64,000 bases of DNA from an uncultured Acidobacteriota bacterium (lineage in GTDB: Bacteria; Acidobacteriota; JAQAZP01). The stretch spans positions 640,001-704,000 of the forward strand of contig CAWIIB010000001.1 of assembly GCA_963836075.1 (NCBI GenBank). Direction: 5' to 3'. The notes beneath the pieces were generated by a model. It made no database searches and was not told the origin of the DNA. It saw only the letters and a list, made by a program, of their open reading frames with translations. A program made the position numbers and the translations under genes. Position 1 is the stretch's first letter, and every line of letters begins with the position of its first letter. Below are positions 18,176-29,300 of the stretch, piece by piece.

Positions 18176-20479
18176 ATGACCCTCGAGCACTGTCGCGGAT
18201 TGGCCCGGTCGGGCCTCTCGCTGGGCCTGCTGTTCGGCCTGCTGGCCCTGTTCACCGTACCGGCATCCGCCGCCACGGTTCCGAACAACTTCACCGACAC
18301 CCAGGTGGTGGCCGATCTCGCCATGCCCACCGACTTCGCCTTCCTCCCCGACGGCCGCATTCTGGTCGTCGAGCAGTGGACGGCCAAAGTCCGCCTGATC
18401 GTCAATGGCGCCATCGGCGGAACCGACCCGCTGGTCACCGTACCCAACGTGAGGGACGACCACGGCGAGGCCGGCCTGATGTGCATCGAGGTGGACGCCG
18501 GCTGGCCCGCTCGGCCCTACATCTACGTCTATTACAACAACGCCTCGACGAACACCTGCTGTCTCTCGATGTACACCGTCACCGGCGACCTGAGCAACCC
18601 GAGCAGCGATAACCTGAACATCGCCCCGTCGAGCCGCTACGACATATTGACCGACATCCCCGACGACTTTCCCAACCAGAACGGCGGCACGGCGCGCTTC
18701 GGCAACGACGGCATGCTCTACCTCAGTCTCGGCGACGACCTGGACGAATGCGAGTGCCAGGAGACCAGTTCGCTCTACGGCGAGATCCTGCGCCTCGACA
18801 TGTCGGCCATGCCTGGCGCCGGTTCCGGTCCGCCGCCCAAAGCCGACATCACCCCCCCCGACAACCCGTTCAGCGGCGACGTCAACACCAACATGGTCTT
18901 CTGCTACGGTCTGCGCAACCCCTACCGCTTCGAGATCGACCCGGTCACCGGCAACCTCATCATCGGCGACGTGGGCGAGGCGACCAACGAAGAGATGAAC
19001 ATCGCCTCCGGCGGCGAGAACTTTGGCTGGCCCTTCCGCGAAGGGGAGATGATTCGCGAACCGGCGGGCTGCGACGAGCCGGGCGGCCCCGGCGGGACGG
19101 ACTACGACCAGCCGATCTTCTATTACAACCGTGTCGGCTTCAGCGCCTCGGTCATCAGCTGCGGAATGTACCGCCCGGTGGACTACCCGAACGACGACAG
19201 CCTCCCCCCCGATTACAACGGTGACATCTTCTTCGCCGAATACTACCAGGGCTACCTGGTCCGGCTGAAATACAACGGCAGCGGCTGGGAGGTGGCCGAC
19301 CCGGTGGCCGGCCAGCCCAGCGCCGACCACTGGGCCACAGACATTTCCGAGGTTTCCCGCATGCAGGTCGGTCCCGACGGCGCCCTGTGGTATCTCGACC
19401 AGTTCGATCCGGCCTGGCCCGATCTAGGTGCCCTGCGCCGCATCAGCTATGACGGTCCGTCCCAGCCCGAGCCGCGGATCATCACCGGCCCCGGACCGGC
19501 CGAGGCCAACGACTGCCTGGTGCGGGTTTTCAACCCCGAGAGCACCGGCGTGGCCCTGGCCGAGTGGGCCGCCTATGGCGTGCCCAAGTACGGGGTCAAT
19601 GTGGCCACCGGCGACCTGGACAATGACGGTTTGGTGGAAGTGCTCACCGGCGCCGGGCCCGGCGCTGTGTTCGGGCCCCACGTCCGCGGGTTCGACCTGA
19701 CGGGCATTCCGGTCTCCGGGGTGAGCTTCTTTGCCTACGGCACCCTCAAGTTCGGCGTCAACGTCGCCGCCGGCGACCTGGACAACGACGGCTACGACGA
19801 GATCCTCACCGGCGCCGGCCCCGGCGCGGTGTTCGGGCCCCACGTGCGCGGCTGGAACGTTGACGGCGGGACCGCCACATCAATCCAGGGAATCAGCTAT
19901 TTCGCCTACGGCACACCCAAGTGGGGCGTCAACGTCGCCGCCGGCGATATCGACGGTGACGGCTACGACGAGATCATCTCCGGTGCCGGACCGGGCGCGG
20001 TGTACGGGCCCCACGTGCGCGGCTGGAATTTTGACGGCGGCAGTTCCACCTCGTCCATTCCCGGGGTGAGCTTCTTTGCCTACGGCACCCTGAAGTTTGG
20101 GGTCAACGTGGCCTGCGGCGACTTCGACGGCGACGGCATCGACGAGATCATCACCGGCGCCGGGCCGGGCGTGGTCTTCGGCTCCCACGTGCGGGGCTGG
20201 AACTACGACGGCGGGCCGCTGACCTCGGTGGGCGGGGTCAGTTTCTTCGCCTACACCGGGTCGCTCTACGGGGTGCGGACGGCACTGCTGGACCTGGACG
20301 GCGACGGCTACGACGAGTTGCTCACCGTCCCCGGGCCCGACCCCGACTGGCCGGCCCAGGTCAAGGCCTGGAACATCGACGGCGGATCGGCCACGGCTAT
20401 CAGCAGCATCGATTTCGACGGGTACGCCGACGGTGCGTTGATGCACGGTGGTTCGGTGGCCGGCGGTATCGGCTACTAG
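18176..20479 (+). CDS. Secreted PQQ-dependent sugar dehydrogenase-like (GSDH) protein with C-terminal FG-GAP-like propeller, copy 1
   Basis: Signal peptide; FLPDGRILV, GMLYLSLGD, GEILRLD, PPDNPF, YGLRNPYRF, IGDVG, GGENFGWP; from ~19478 five GD(L/I/F)DxDG-type repeats. Confidence 0.85.
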   Translation: MTLEHCRGLARSGLSLGLLFGLLALFTVPASAATVPNNFTDTQVVADLAMPTDFAFLPDGRILVVEQWTAKVRLIVNGAIGGTDPLVTVPNVRDDHGEAGLMCIEVDAGWPARPYIYVYYNNASTNTCCLSMYTVTGDLSNPSSDNLNIAPSSRYDILTDIPDDFPNQNGGTARFGNDGMLYLSLGDDLDECECQETSSLYGEILRLDMSAMPGAGSGPPPKADITPPDNPFSGDVNTNMVFCYGLRNPYRFEIDPVTGNLIIGDVGEATNEEMNIASGGENFGWPFREGEMIREPAGCDEPGGPGGTDYDQPIFYYNRVGFSASVISCGMYRPVDYPNDDSLPPDYNGDIFFAEYYQGYLVRLKYNGSGWEVADPVAGQPSADHWATDISEVSRMQVGPDGALWYLDQFDPAWPDLGALRRISYDGPSQPEPRIITGPGPAEANDCLVRVFNPESTGVALAEWAAYGVPKYGVNVATGDLDNDGLVEVLTGAGPGAVFGPHVRGFDLTGIPVSGVSFFAYGTLKFGVNVAAGDLDNDGYDEILTGAGPGAVFGPHVRGWNVDGGTATSIQGISYFAYGTPKWGVNVAAGDIDGDGYDEIISGAGPGAVYGPHVRGWNFDGGSSTSSIPGVSFFAYGTLKFGVNVACGDFDGDGIDEIITGAGPGVVFGSHVRGWNYDGGPLTSVGGVSFFAYTGSLYGVRTALLDLDGDGYDELLTVPGPDPDWPAQVKAWNIDGGSATAISSIDFDGYADGALMHGGSVAGGIGY

Positions 20480-20497
20480 AACAGAGTCTGATTTCCG

Positions 20498-20541
20498 AAA
20501 GGCCCGGGGGGTTGCCATTGGCAACCTTCCGGGCTTTTTTT
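20498..20541 (+). terminator. Rho-independent terminator
   Basis: GGCCCGGGGGGTTGCC-ATT-GGCAACCTTCCGGGCT followed by a T run, just after the stop at 20479. Confidence 0.8.
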
Positions 20542-20679
20542 CTTTATCAGGTTAAAACTGCAGCGTTTCCGTGATATAGTCTACCTTTACTGTAGACTTT
20601 TGGCGGCAGCACTGTGTTCCTCAAACCCGCTTCCCGGGTCGCCGCCGCCATGCCACAACATCATGGGAGTGAAGATCCA

Positions 20680-22986
20680 ATGACCACCGACAGAACCCGC
20701 AAGCCCGCTTCCGGGAGCCCTGTTCTCGCTCTCTGCGGCATCCTTCTTTTTTTCGCCGCCCTGCCGGCGGCAGCCGCAACGGTGCCCGACGATTTCGATG
20801 ACAGCCTGATCATCAACGGCCTGAGCCTGCCGGTGGGCTTCACCTTTCTCCCCGATGGCCGGATCGTGTTTATTGAACAGGTGACGGCCAACATCCGGCT
20901 GCTGGTCAACGGCGCCATCGGCTCCATCGACCCGCTGGTCACCGTCCCGTCGGTCTACACCAGCGGGAACGAAAGGGGCCTGCTGGGGATCGACGTGGAC
21001 CCCGACTGGCCCAGCCGGCCCTACATCTACATCTATTACAGCCACCAGGGAACCAACACCAACTACATCTCGATGTACACGGTCACCGGCGACCTGAGCG
21101 ACCCGAACAGCGGCAACCTGCAGATCTCCCCGTCCAGCCGCTATGACATCATCACCGATATTCCGGACAACGCCTTCAACCACAATGGCGGCACGGTCCG
21201 TTTCGGCACCGACGGCATGCTCTACGCCAGCATGGGGGACGACGCCACCCAGTGCACGGCCCAGGAAACCGACGACCTGCGGGGCGTTATCCTGCGCCTC
21301 GATATCTCGGCCATGCCGGGCACCGGCTCCGGGCCGCCGCCCAAGGCCGACATCACCCCCGCGGACAACCCCTTCTCCGGTGACCCCAACACCAACCTGG
21401 TCTTCTGCTACGGCCTGCGCAACCCGTTCCGCTTCAACGTGGACCGGGTCAGCGGCGACCTCTACATCGGCGACGTGGGCCTGGGAAATTACGAGGAGGT
21501 GGACCTGGCCACGGGCGGCGAGAACTTCGGCTGGCCCTTCCGCGAGGGCCCGATGATCCGCACCCCCAGCGGCTGCGACGAGCCCGGCGGCCCCGGGGGA
21601 ACCGACTACGACGACCCGATCCACTACTACGACCGCACGGGGTTCAGCGCCTCCATCATCAGCGCCACCTACTACCGCCCGGAGAGTTACCCCACGGACA
21701 GCAGTTTCCCCCCGGAGTACAACGGCGACTGCTTCTACGTGGAGTACTACCAGGGCTGGATGGTGCGCATCGAGAACAGCGGCAGCGGCTGGCAAAAGGC
21801 CGACCCGGTGGCCGGACAGCCCGACGACGACCACTGGGCCACCGGCCTGGTGGGCGCGGCCGATTTCCAGATAGGCCCTGACGGCGCCATCTACTATTGC
21901 ATTCAGTACGGCGATGGCGGAGCCGGCACCGGCGGCTCGTTACGCCGTATCGCCTACACCGGCACGGCCCAACCCCAGCCCCGCATCGTCACCGGCCCCG
22001 GACCGGCCGAGGCCAACGACTGCCTGGTGCGGGTCTTCGACCCAACGAGCACCGGGTCGTCGCTGAACCAGTGGCCGGCCTACGGCGTGCCCAAGTACGG
22101 GGTCAACGTGGCCACCGGTGACCTGGACAGCGACGGCCTTGTCGAAGTGCTCACCGGCGCCGGTCCCGGCGCGGTCTTCGGGCCCCACGTCCGCGGGTTC
22201 ACCCTCGACGGGACGCCGGTCGCCGGGGTCAACTTCCTGGCCTACGGCACCAACAAATACGGGGTCAACGTGGCCGCCGGCGACCTGGACAATGACGGCT
22301 ACGACGAGATCCTCACCGGCGCCGGCCCCGGCGCGGTCTTCGGGCCCCACGTGCGCGGCTGGAACGTGGACGGCGGATCGGCCAGTTCCATCTCGGGAAT
22401 CAACTACTTCGCCTACGGCACCCCCAAATGGGGCGTCAACGTCGCCGCCGGCGACATCGACGGCGACGGCTACGACGAGATCATCTCCGGCGCCGGGCCC
22501 GGCGCGGTGTACGGGCCCCACGTGCGCGGCTGGAACCATGACGGCGGGCCGTCCACCTCGTCGATCCCCGGGGTGAGCTTCTTTGCCTACGGCACCCTGA
22601 AGTTCGGGGTCAACGTGGCCTGCGGCGACTTCGACGGCGACGGCATCGACGAAATCGTCACCGGCGCCGGGCCGGGCGTGGTCTTCGGCTCCCACGTGCG
22701 GGGCTGGAACTACGACGGCGGGCCGCTGACCCCGGTGAGCGGTGTCAGCTTCTTCGCCTACACCGGTTCGCTCTACGGGGTGCATACGGCGCTGCTGGAC
22801 CTGGACGGCGACGGCTACGACGAACTGCTCACCGTCCCCGGGCCCGATCCCGGCTGGCCGGCCCAGGTCAAGGCCTGGAACATCGACGGCGGAACGGCCA
22901 CGGCCATCAGCGGTATCGATTTCGACGCCTACTCCGACAGTTCGCTGATGCACGGCGGCACCGTGGCCGGCGGTATCGGGTACTAG
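20680..22986 (+). CDS. Secreted PQQ-dependent sugar dehydrogenase-like (GSDH) protein with C-terminal FG-GAP-like propeller, copy 2
   Basis: Tandem paralog of 18176..20479; ERGLLG, NHNGG, YGLRNPFRF, GGENFGWP; same C-terminal repeats. Confidence 0.87.
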   Translation: MTTDRTRKPASGSPVLALCGILLFFAALPAAAATVPDDFDDSLIINGLSLPVGFTFLPDGRIVFIEQVTANIRLLVNGAIGSIDPLVTVPSVYTSGNERGLLGIDVDPDWPSRPYIYIYYSHQGTNTNYISMYTVTGDLSDPNSGNLQISPSSRYDIITDIPDNAFNHNGGTVRFGTDGMLYASMGDDATQCTAQETDDLRGVILRLDISAMPGTGSGPPPKADITPADNPFSGDPNTNLVFCYGLRNPFRFNVDRVSGDLYIGDVGLGNYEEVDLATGGENFGWPFREGPMIRTPSGCDEPGGPGGTDYDDPIHYYDRTGFSASIISATYYRPESYPTDSSFPPEYNGDCFYVEYYQGWMVRIENSGSGWQKADPVAGQPDDDHWATGLVGAADFQIGPDGAIYYCIQYGDGGAGTGGSLRRIAYTGTAQPQPRIVTGPGPAEANDCLVRVFDPTSTGSSLNQWPAYGVPKYGVNVATGDLDSDGLVEVLTGAGPGAVFGPHVRGFTLDGTPVAGVNFLAYGTNKYGVNVAAGDLDNDGYDEILTGAGPGAVFGPHVRGWNVDGGSASSISGINYFAYGTPKWGVNVAAGDIDGDGYDEIISGAGPGAVYGPHVRGWNHDGGPSTSSIPGVSFFAYGTLKFGVNVACGDFDGDGIDEIVTGAGPGVVFGSHVRGWNYDGGPLTPVSGVSFFAYTGSLYGVHTALLDLDGDGYDELLTVPGPDPGWPAQVKAWNIDGGTATAISGIDFDAYSDSSLMHGGTVAGGIGY

Positions 22987-23012
22987 CCCCTGCCCCGTCG
23001 CAGACTGCTTGT

Positions 23013-23061
23013 AAAAAACAAAGGCCCGGATGACGTGATGTCATCCGGGCCTTTGTTTTTT
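23013..23061. terminator. Bidirectional terminator (22-bp perfect inverted repeat)
   Basis: AAAAAACAAAGGCCCGGATGAC-GTGAT-GTCATCCGGGCCTTTGTTTTTT between convergent genes. Confidence 0.88.
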
Positions 23062-23098
23062 GACCCGGGAGTTAATTGGGCTTAAAGATTAACCCAGG

Positions 23099-23695
23099 TC
23101 ATCTGCCGACACTCTGTCCCACTGGCACCCCCACCTTCACTTTCTCCAGGAAAAGCCGGTGCACGGGGCTCCCCTCGCTGAGCTCCGGATGGAAACTTCC
23201 CGCCATCACCCCGCCCGATGAGACCAGCACCGGCTCGCCGTCGTACTCGGCCAGCACCTTGACCCCGGGGCCCATACCGACGATCCGCGGCGCACGGATG
23301 AAGACCATCTCCAGCGGTTCGCCGCCGCACAACCGTCCCTGACCGACAAAGCTCTCCACCTGCCGGCCGTAGGAGTTGCGTTCGACGATGATGTCGATCA
23401 GCCCCAGGGACGTCTGGGCCGGCGAGCGGACCTCGGCGGCCAGCAGGATCAGCCCGGCGCAGGTGCCGAAGACGGTGCCGCCACGCCGCACCATTGCGGC
23501 CAGCGGTTCGGCAAAACCGTACTCGTCGATCAGCTTGAGCAGGGTGGTGCTCTCGCCGCCGGGAATGATCAGACCGTCCAGCTCGTCCAGCTCCCGGGGC
23601 CAGCGGATCACCTCCGCTGAAACCCCCAGCTCAGCCAGTTTTTTCACGTGGGCCGCAAAGTCGCCCTGCAGGCCCAGCACACCGATACCGTTCAT
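23099..23695 (-). CDS. pdxT: Pyridoxal 5'-phosphate synthase glutaminase subunit
   Basis: GVLGLQGDF, IIPGGESTT, FGTCAGLI, RNSYGRQVESF, FIRAP, SFHPEL; TAATG overlap with pdxS. Confidence 0.95.
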   Translation of the reverse strand: MNGIGVLGLQGDFAAHVKKLAELGVSAEVIRWPRELDELDGLIIPGGESTTLLKLIDEYGFAEPLAAMVRRGGTVFGTCAGLILLAAEVRSPAQTSLGLIDIIVERNSYGRQVESFVGQGRLCGGEPLEMVFIRAPRIVGMGPGVKVLAEYDGEPVLVSSGGVMAGSFHPELSEGSPVHRLFLEKVKVGVPVGQSVGR

Positions 23696-24582
23696 TACCA
23701 TCCCCTGTTCTGCAGCAGCTCCTCCTCCTTGAGCTGCTTGACGTCGATGCCGCGCATCGGCTGGCCCAACCCCTCGGAGACCTGGGCCAGCACCGCCGGG
23801 TCCTGGTAGTGGGTGGCGGCCTTGACGATGGCCCGGGCGCGGCTGGCCGGGTCTTCCGACTTGAAGATGCCCGAACCGACGAAGATGGCCTGGGCCCCCA
23901 GCTGCATCACCAGCGAGGCGTCGGCCGGAGTGGAGATGCCGCCGGCGGAGAAGTTGGGCACCGGCAGTTCGCCCTTCTCGGCCACCAGGCGCACCATCTC
24001 GTAGGGAGCGCCCAGCTCCTTGGCCTTGCTCATCAGCTGCTCCGGGGTAAGGATGGTCAGCTCGCGGATGCCGTTCATGATCTGCCGCATGTGCCGCACC
24101 GCCTCGACGATGTCGCCGGAGCCGGCCTCGCCCTTGGTCCGCATCATCGCCGCGCCCTCGGCGATGCGCCTGAGCGCCTCGCCCAGGTTCCGCGCGCCGC
24201 AGACAAAGGGCACCTTGAAGGCGAACTTGTCCACGTGGTGTGCCTCGTCGGCCGGGGTGAGCACCTCGCTCTCGTCGATGAAGTCGACGCCCAGAGCTTC
24301 GAGGATCTGCGCCTCGGCAAAGTGGCCGATGCGGCACTTGGCCATCACCGGGATGGAGACCGTCTCCATGATCTCCTTGATGATCGTCGGGTCGGACATG
24401 CGGGCCACGCCGCCGTCACGGCGGATGTCGGAGGGCACACGCTCCAGGGCCATCACCGCCACCGCGCCGGCATCCTCGGCGATCCGGGCCTGTTCGGCGT
24501 TGGTCACGTCCATGATCACGCCGCCCTTGAGCATCTCGGCCAGTCCGGTCTTCAGCCTCAGGGTTCCCTTTTCCTCGCTCAT
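23695..24582 (-). CDS. pdxS: Pyridoxal 5'-phosphate synthase lyase subunit
   Basis: [54 protein letters not shown]-like motif, C-terminal RGW. Confidence 0.97.
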   Translation of the reverse strand: MSEEKGTLRLKTGLAEMLKGGVIMDVTNAEQARIAEDAGAVAVMALERVPSDIRRDGGVARMSDPTIIKEIMETVSIPVMAKCRIGHFAEAQILEALGVDFIDESEVLTPADEAHHVDKFAFKVPFVCGARNLGEALRRIAEGAAMMRTKGEAGSGDIVEAVRHMRQIMNGIRELTILTPEQLMSKAKELGAPYEMVRLVAEKGELPVPNFSAGGISTPADASLVMQLGAQAIFVGSGIFKSEDPASRARAIVKAATHYQDPAVLAQVSEGLGQPMRGIDVKQLKEEELLQNRGW

Positions 24583-24609
24583 CGTCCGCTCCTTTCCTCT
24601 GCGTATGTT

Positions 24610-26123
24610 TCAGATCCAGACGTCTTTGGTTTTCCGTTGTTCAGCCGGCTCGGGCCGCCGGCGGAGGTTTTTCCTGATGATCCGGCCCAGGGTGGCGATA
24701 CCCTCGGCGATGCGCCGCTCCGACTCGCGGATAAAGGTCAGGCGGAAGGCATTCTCGCCCCCGCGGTCGGGGTGGAAGAGCACCCCGGGCGAGAACCGCA
24801 CCCCGGCGTCCCGGCTTTCCTGGTGAATGCGCAACACGTCGGTGCCCTCGGGCAGGGTGACCCAGACCGACATGCCGCCCCGCGGCCGGGTCCAGTCAAC
24901 GCGTCGGGGAAAGTGGCTTTCCAGGGCTTTCAGCAGGGTCTCCAGCCGCTTGCCGTTGACCAGCTGCATTTTTTCAAGGTGGCGGTCGAGGTGCCCCTCG
25001 CGGCAGAACTCCAGCATGGCCTGCTGCAGGATCATCGGGGTGCCCAGGTCGGTGTAGCCCCTGATCTCGCTGACCTTCTCCCGCACCGCATCGGGCAGCA
25101 CCATCCAGCCCAGACGGATACCGGGGAAGAGCACCTTGGAGAAGGTGCCCAGCAGGATCACCTCTTCCCCGCCCTCCATCCCGCGCAGCGGCGCCGGCTC
25201 TTCTCCGTCATACATCATGCCGGCGTTGAAGTCGTCCTCCACCACCGGCACCCGCGCCTCCCGCGACCAGCGCAGCAGTTCCTGCCGCCGCTTCTGCGGC
25301 AGGGTGGCTCCGGTGGGGTTCTGGTGATTCGACATCACGTAGAGGAACTTGGCCCGCTCGGCCCCCGAGACGGCGGGCAACGCTGCGGTGTCCAATCCGT
25401 GGTGATCCACCGGCAGCGGAAGGATCGTGGCGTCGAACAGCTGGAAGGAACGGTAGGCGTTGGGATAGCCGGGAAGCCCCATCAACACCAGGTCGTCCGG
25501 CTCCAGCAGCAGCTTGCCCACCAGGTCCAGCCCCTGCTGGATCCCGCTGACGATGACGATGTTCTCCGGCCGCACCGTTATCCCCCGCTCCCCGCAACGC
25601 TGGGCAAGATACTGGCGCAGCGGCGGGTAGCCCTCGGCCGGTCCGTAGGAGAGCAAATCCCCCTGGTCCCGGTTCCAGACCCGCTGCAGGCAGTCCTGAA
25701 AGTCCTGCGCGGGGTAGAACTCCGGCGAGGGGATGGCGCTCTCGAAGTTGATCGCCCCCTCGAACCGCTCCCCCATGCCCAGTTCGTCGCCGTCGGTGCC
25801 GGCATGGCGGGTGGCCCGCCGGGCCAGCAGCCGCTCCCAGGGCAGTTGGAAGGCCAGCGATTCTCCGGCACCCGTGGTTTCGCGGGCCGGGCCCACAAAG
25901 GTGCCCGCGCCCACCCGGCTGCGCACCAGGCCCAGCTTCTGCAACTCGGCATAGGCCGCGGCCACCGTGTTGCGGTTCAGGCCCAGTTCATCGGCCAGCT
26001 GCCGCGATGGGGGAAGACGGAACCCTTCGGCCAGTTTCCGCTCTCCACGGCCTCGCTGATCCGGGCCACCAGCTGCTCCCGGATGCTCACCGGCGAGGAT
26101 TGGTCTATATCCAGCTGAAGCAC
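24610..26123 (-). CDS. MocR/GabR-family PLP-dependent transcriptional regulator (PdxR-like); apparent frameshift near 26037
   Basis: wHTH RLPPSRQLADELGLNRNTVAAAY plus aminotransferase-like domain (HQNPTG, EDDF, GTFSKVLFPGIRLGW). The natural N-terminus (V)LQLDIDQSSPVSIREQLVARISEAVESG from GTG 26123 is one base out of frame. Confidence 0.88.
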
Positions 26124-26141
26124 TTCTCTCTCCACAAGATG

Positions 26142-26219
26142 CAATCAAGCCAATCGATAGGACAATCCGCACAATTATACCATTAACACGCGAGACAAGC
26201 AACAGACAATCAAGACAAT
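26142..26219 (-). promoter_or_regulatory. Sigma70 promoter of the MocR-pdxS-pdxT operon with flanking direct-repeat operator candidates
   Basis: Minus strand TTGCTT(26202-26197)-N17-TATAAT(26179-26174) with extended -10 TG; three CAAT-N5-CAAT pairs at 26142, 26163 and 26207. Confidence 0.65.
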
Positions 26220-26363
26220 TCAGTGGGAATCGACATTTCCATTGGAAAACAGCCTTGTCGTTTCATGTACAATGAATTAACTTGATATGACAGCCAGGCC
26301 GGGAACGAAGCGTCACCCGTCCCCGAAGCCAATTTTCATCATTTGAATCCGGGGAGAACGTCG

Positions 26364-29300
26364 ATGCGGAACAGTGTCGCCGCGAAGCGCCGTACATTCC
26401 TGCCGGGCCGGGTGCTGTTCCTGGCCCTGGCGCTGGTCTTCTCTTCTGCCGGCAATGCCGCGGCCGCCACCATCATCGTTGACTGGACCGGCGCCGGGGA
26501 CTACCTCACCGTCCAGGAGGGTCTCGAGGCAGCAGTGAATGGCGACACCGTCCGGGTCCGGTCCGGCACCTATACGCTGCCCGTCGGAACCCATCTCGAT
26601 TTCGACGGCAAGGCCGTGCGGCTCACCTCGGTAAGCGGGCCCGAGAGCACCATCATCGAGGGGCCGGAACCCTACGACTTCTGTGTTCGCTTCGAATCGG
26701 GCGAAGCGCCCTTCACCAGGCTGAACGGCTTCACCCTCGACGGGATCCTGGTCCGGATCCACGGCCAGTGCATCACCGACCATTTCGAGACAACATTTTT
26801 CTGCGGAAGGGCATTGAATGCGGGAGCGGGTCCCCGGTGATCACCGGCAACCGGTTTCCAGACCAGTGAGGACGACTATGCCGTCTACCTGGGTTCGGCT
26901 TCGAGCGACGGTCTCCGGGCGGTCATCGAAAACAACCATTTCAGCGGCGACGGAAGTGGTCAAGGAATCTACTACTCCAGCAGATGATCCCGATACCGGT
27001 TCCATCATCCGCGGCAATGTGATCACCGGATTCGACCACCGGCGTATACAGCGCCTGCAACCGGAAGATACCTCGATACGGCTCCGCTGATCGAGAACAA
27101 CCTGATCTATGGCAATGAACTGGGTATCAACACCCGACCGAGCCATCCTGGCCGGGAACACCATCGTCTTCAACCGAGAACCCAGCTGGATACGCCGGCA
27201 TCCACGTCGCCAGCGGAAACGACGCCTGATCATGCGGGACTGCATCGTCTGGGGAAATCGATCCTTCTGGGACGCCCAGATCTACAACGACCTCTCATTC
27301 GGCATCGAAGTATCCCACTCGCTGATCGAGGGCGGCCGCGACGGCATCAAGCGGCACGGATCCGGTCACCTGGGGCACTGGCAACCTGGATGCCGATCCG
27401 CTCTTTCTCAATGGGCCTGCCGGGCCCTGCTACCTGAGCCAGGTCGCCGCCGGACAGGCCGCCGACAGCCCCTGCCTGGATGCCGGCAGCCGACCGGCAA
27501 CCACCGGCGAGGGGACAACCCGCACCGACCAGGCCGACGACACCGGCACCCTCGATATCGGTTACCACCAGCAGGAGATCCCCGGCCTCTTCATCTGCCA
27601 CGACCTGCCCGAGAACCACGTCCATGCCATGGAGGGCGGCGAGCAATCCCGTGGTGCCGCGCTGGGCATCTGGCAGGGCGGCGAGGGGATTCTGCTCTGG
27701 ACCGTGTCCGATGATGCCGGCTGGCTCGAATCTCTCACCCGCCTCCGGCACGTCCACGGTGAAATCGACGAGGTGCAGGTCCTGGTGGACACCGCCGGCC
27801 TGGCCCTCGGCGACCACCATGCCGTGATCACCATCGACGCCCCGGCGGCGGCCAACGGCCCGGTGAGCATCCCGCTGACCCTGACCATCAACCGCACCTG
27901 GGTGGTGGACCAGGCTGGCGGCGGTGAACTTCACCACCATCCAGGAGGGTCTCGACGCTGCCGTCGACTATGACGTGGTCCTGGTGCGGCCCGGCACATA
28001 CACCGGCGACGGAAACCGCGACCTCGACTTCGGCGGCAAGGAGCTGACACTGATCTCGGAGGGGGACCGGCGCTGACCATCATCGACGCCGAGGGCGAGA
28101 TTCGACGAGCACCACCGCTGTTTCAACTTCCAGGGCCAGGAGGGGCCCGGCGCCATGGTCCAGGGGTTCACCATCCGAGGGCGGGTTGGCCGAGGAGGGC
28201 GGCGGGATCCACTGCGGCTACCGTCTGCTCCCCCACGATCCGCGGGAAACATCATCATCCGGGAACAGCGCGGAACAGGCAACGGCGGGGGGATCTACCT
28301 CGCCTCCTACAGCCTGTCGCCGATCGAGGACAATGTGATCGCCGAAAACCAGGTCGTCGGCGGCGCCACCAGCTACTACGGCGGTGGCGAGGCATCTGCG
28401 CCCCTCTGCCCGCCGATGATCCGCGGCAACCGGGTCACCGGCAACAGTTCCGTCAGGCTATGGCGGCGGCATCTACTGCTACCTCCCGCCGGAGCGGCCT
28501 GCGAGAACAACCTCATCGCCGGCAACAGCGCGGCATCGCGGCGGTGGCGGTCTCTTTTTCAGGAACCAGGCCAACGCGGAGATCCGCAACTGCACCATCG
28601 TCGGCAACCACGCCGCCGAGGGCGGCGGATTCTACGCCCCCAACTGCAACGACGCCCACCACCCTCACCAACTGCATTCTCTGGGGCAACCAGGCCCTGG
28701 GCGAGGGCGACCAGGGCTTCACCTGGCCGCCGATGACCGTCCGGTACAGCGACGTCCAGGGGGGCGAGGCCGGCATCGACGGGGGGACGGCCCGGTGACC
28801 TGGGGTGACGGGAACTCGATGCCGACCCGCAGTTCGCCACCCTCTGCGATTACGGCAATTTCCTCTCCCAGACGGCCGCCGGCCAGCCCGCGGAGAGCCC
28901 CTGCGTGGATGCCGGCGATCCCTGCTGCCCCGCCCATGGACCGCACCACCCGCACCGATTTCGTCACTGACGCCAGCTTCGGTGGACATGGGTTTCCACT
29001 ACCAGGCCCTCACCGAACCCCGGCTGCTGCTCTCCCCTGATGAGCTCGACTTCCGGGCCATCGCCGGGGACGAAGACCCGGTACCGCAGGTGATCGCAGC
29101 TGGCCAACGGCGGGCCGGTCCGATGGGATGGACCGCCTCATCCAGCGCGGGCTGGCTGCTGCTGGACACCACATCCGGCAGTTGCCAGAGCGGTGAAACC
29201 GTTGCCATCACGGCCTCGACCATTATCACCGGCCTTGATCGCGGCGTTTACGAGGCCGAGCATCCTCATCGAGGCGCCCGGTGCGTCCGCTGCGCCGCGG

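Noticed and set aside
19478-22986. Regularly spaced near-identical DNA repeats resembling a CRISPR array or a DGR template/variable pair
   Set aside because: The repeats are in-frame coding units (~57-60 codons) that vary mostly at synonymous sites. No cas or reverse transcriptase gene is present in the window.
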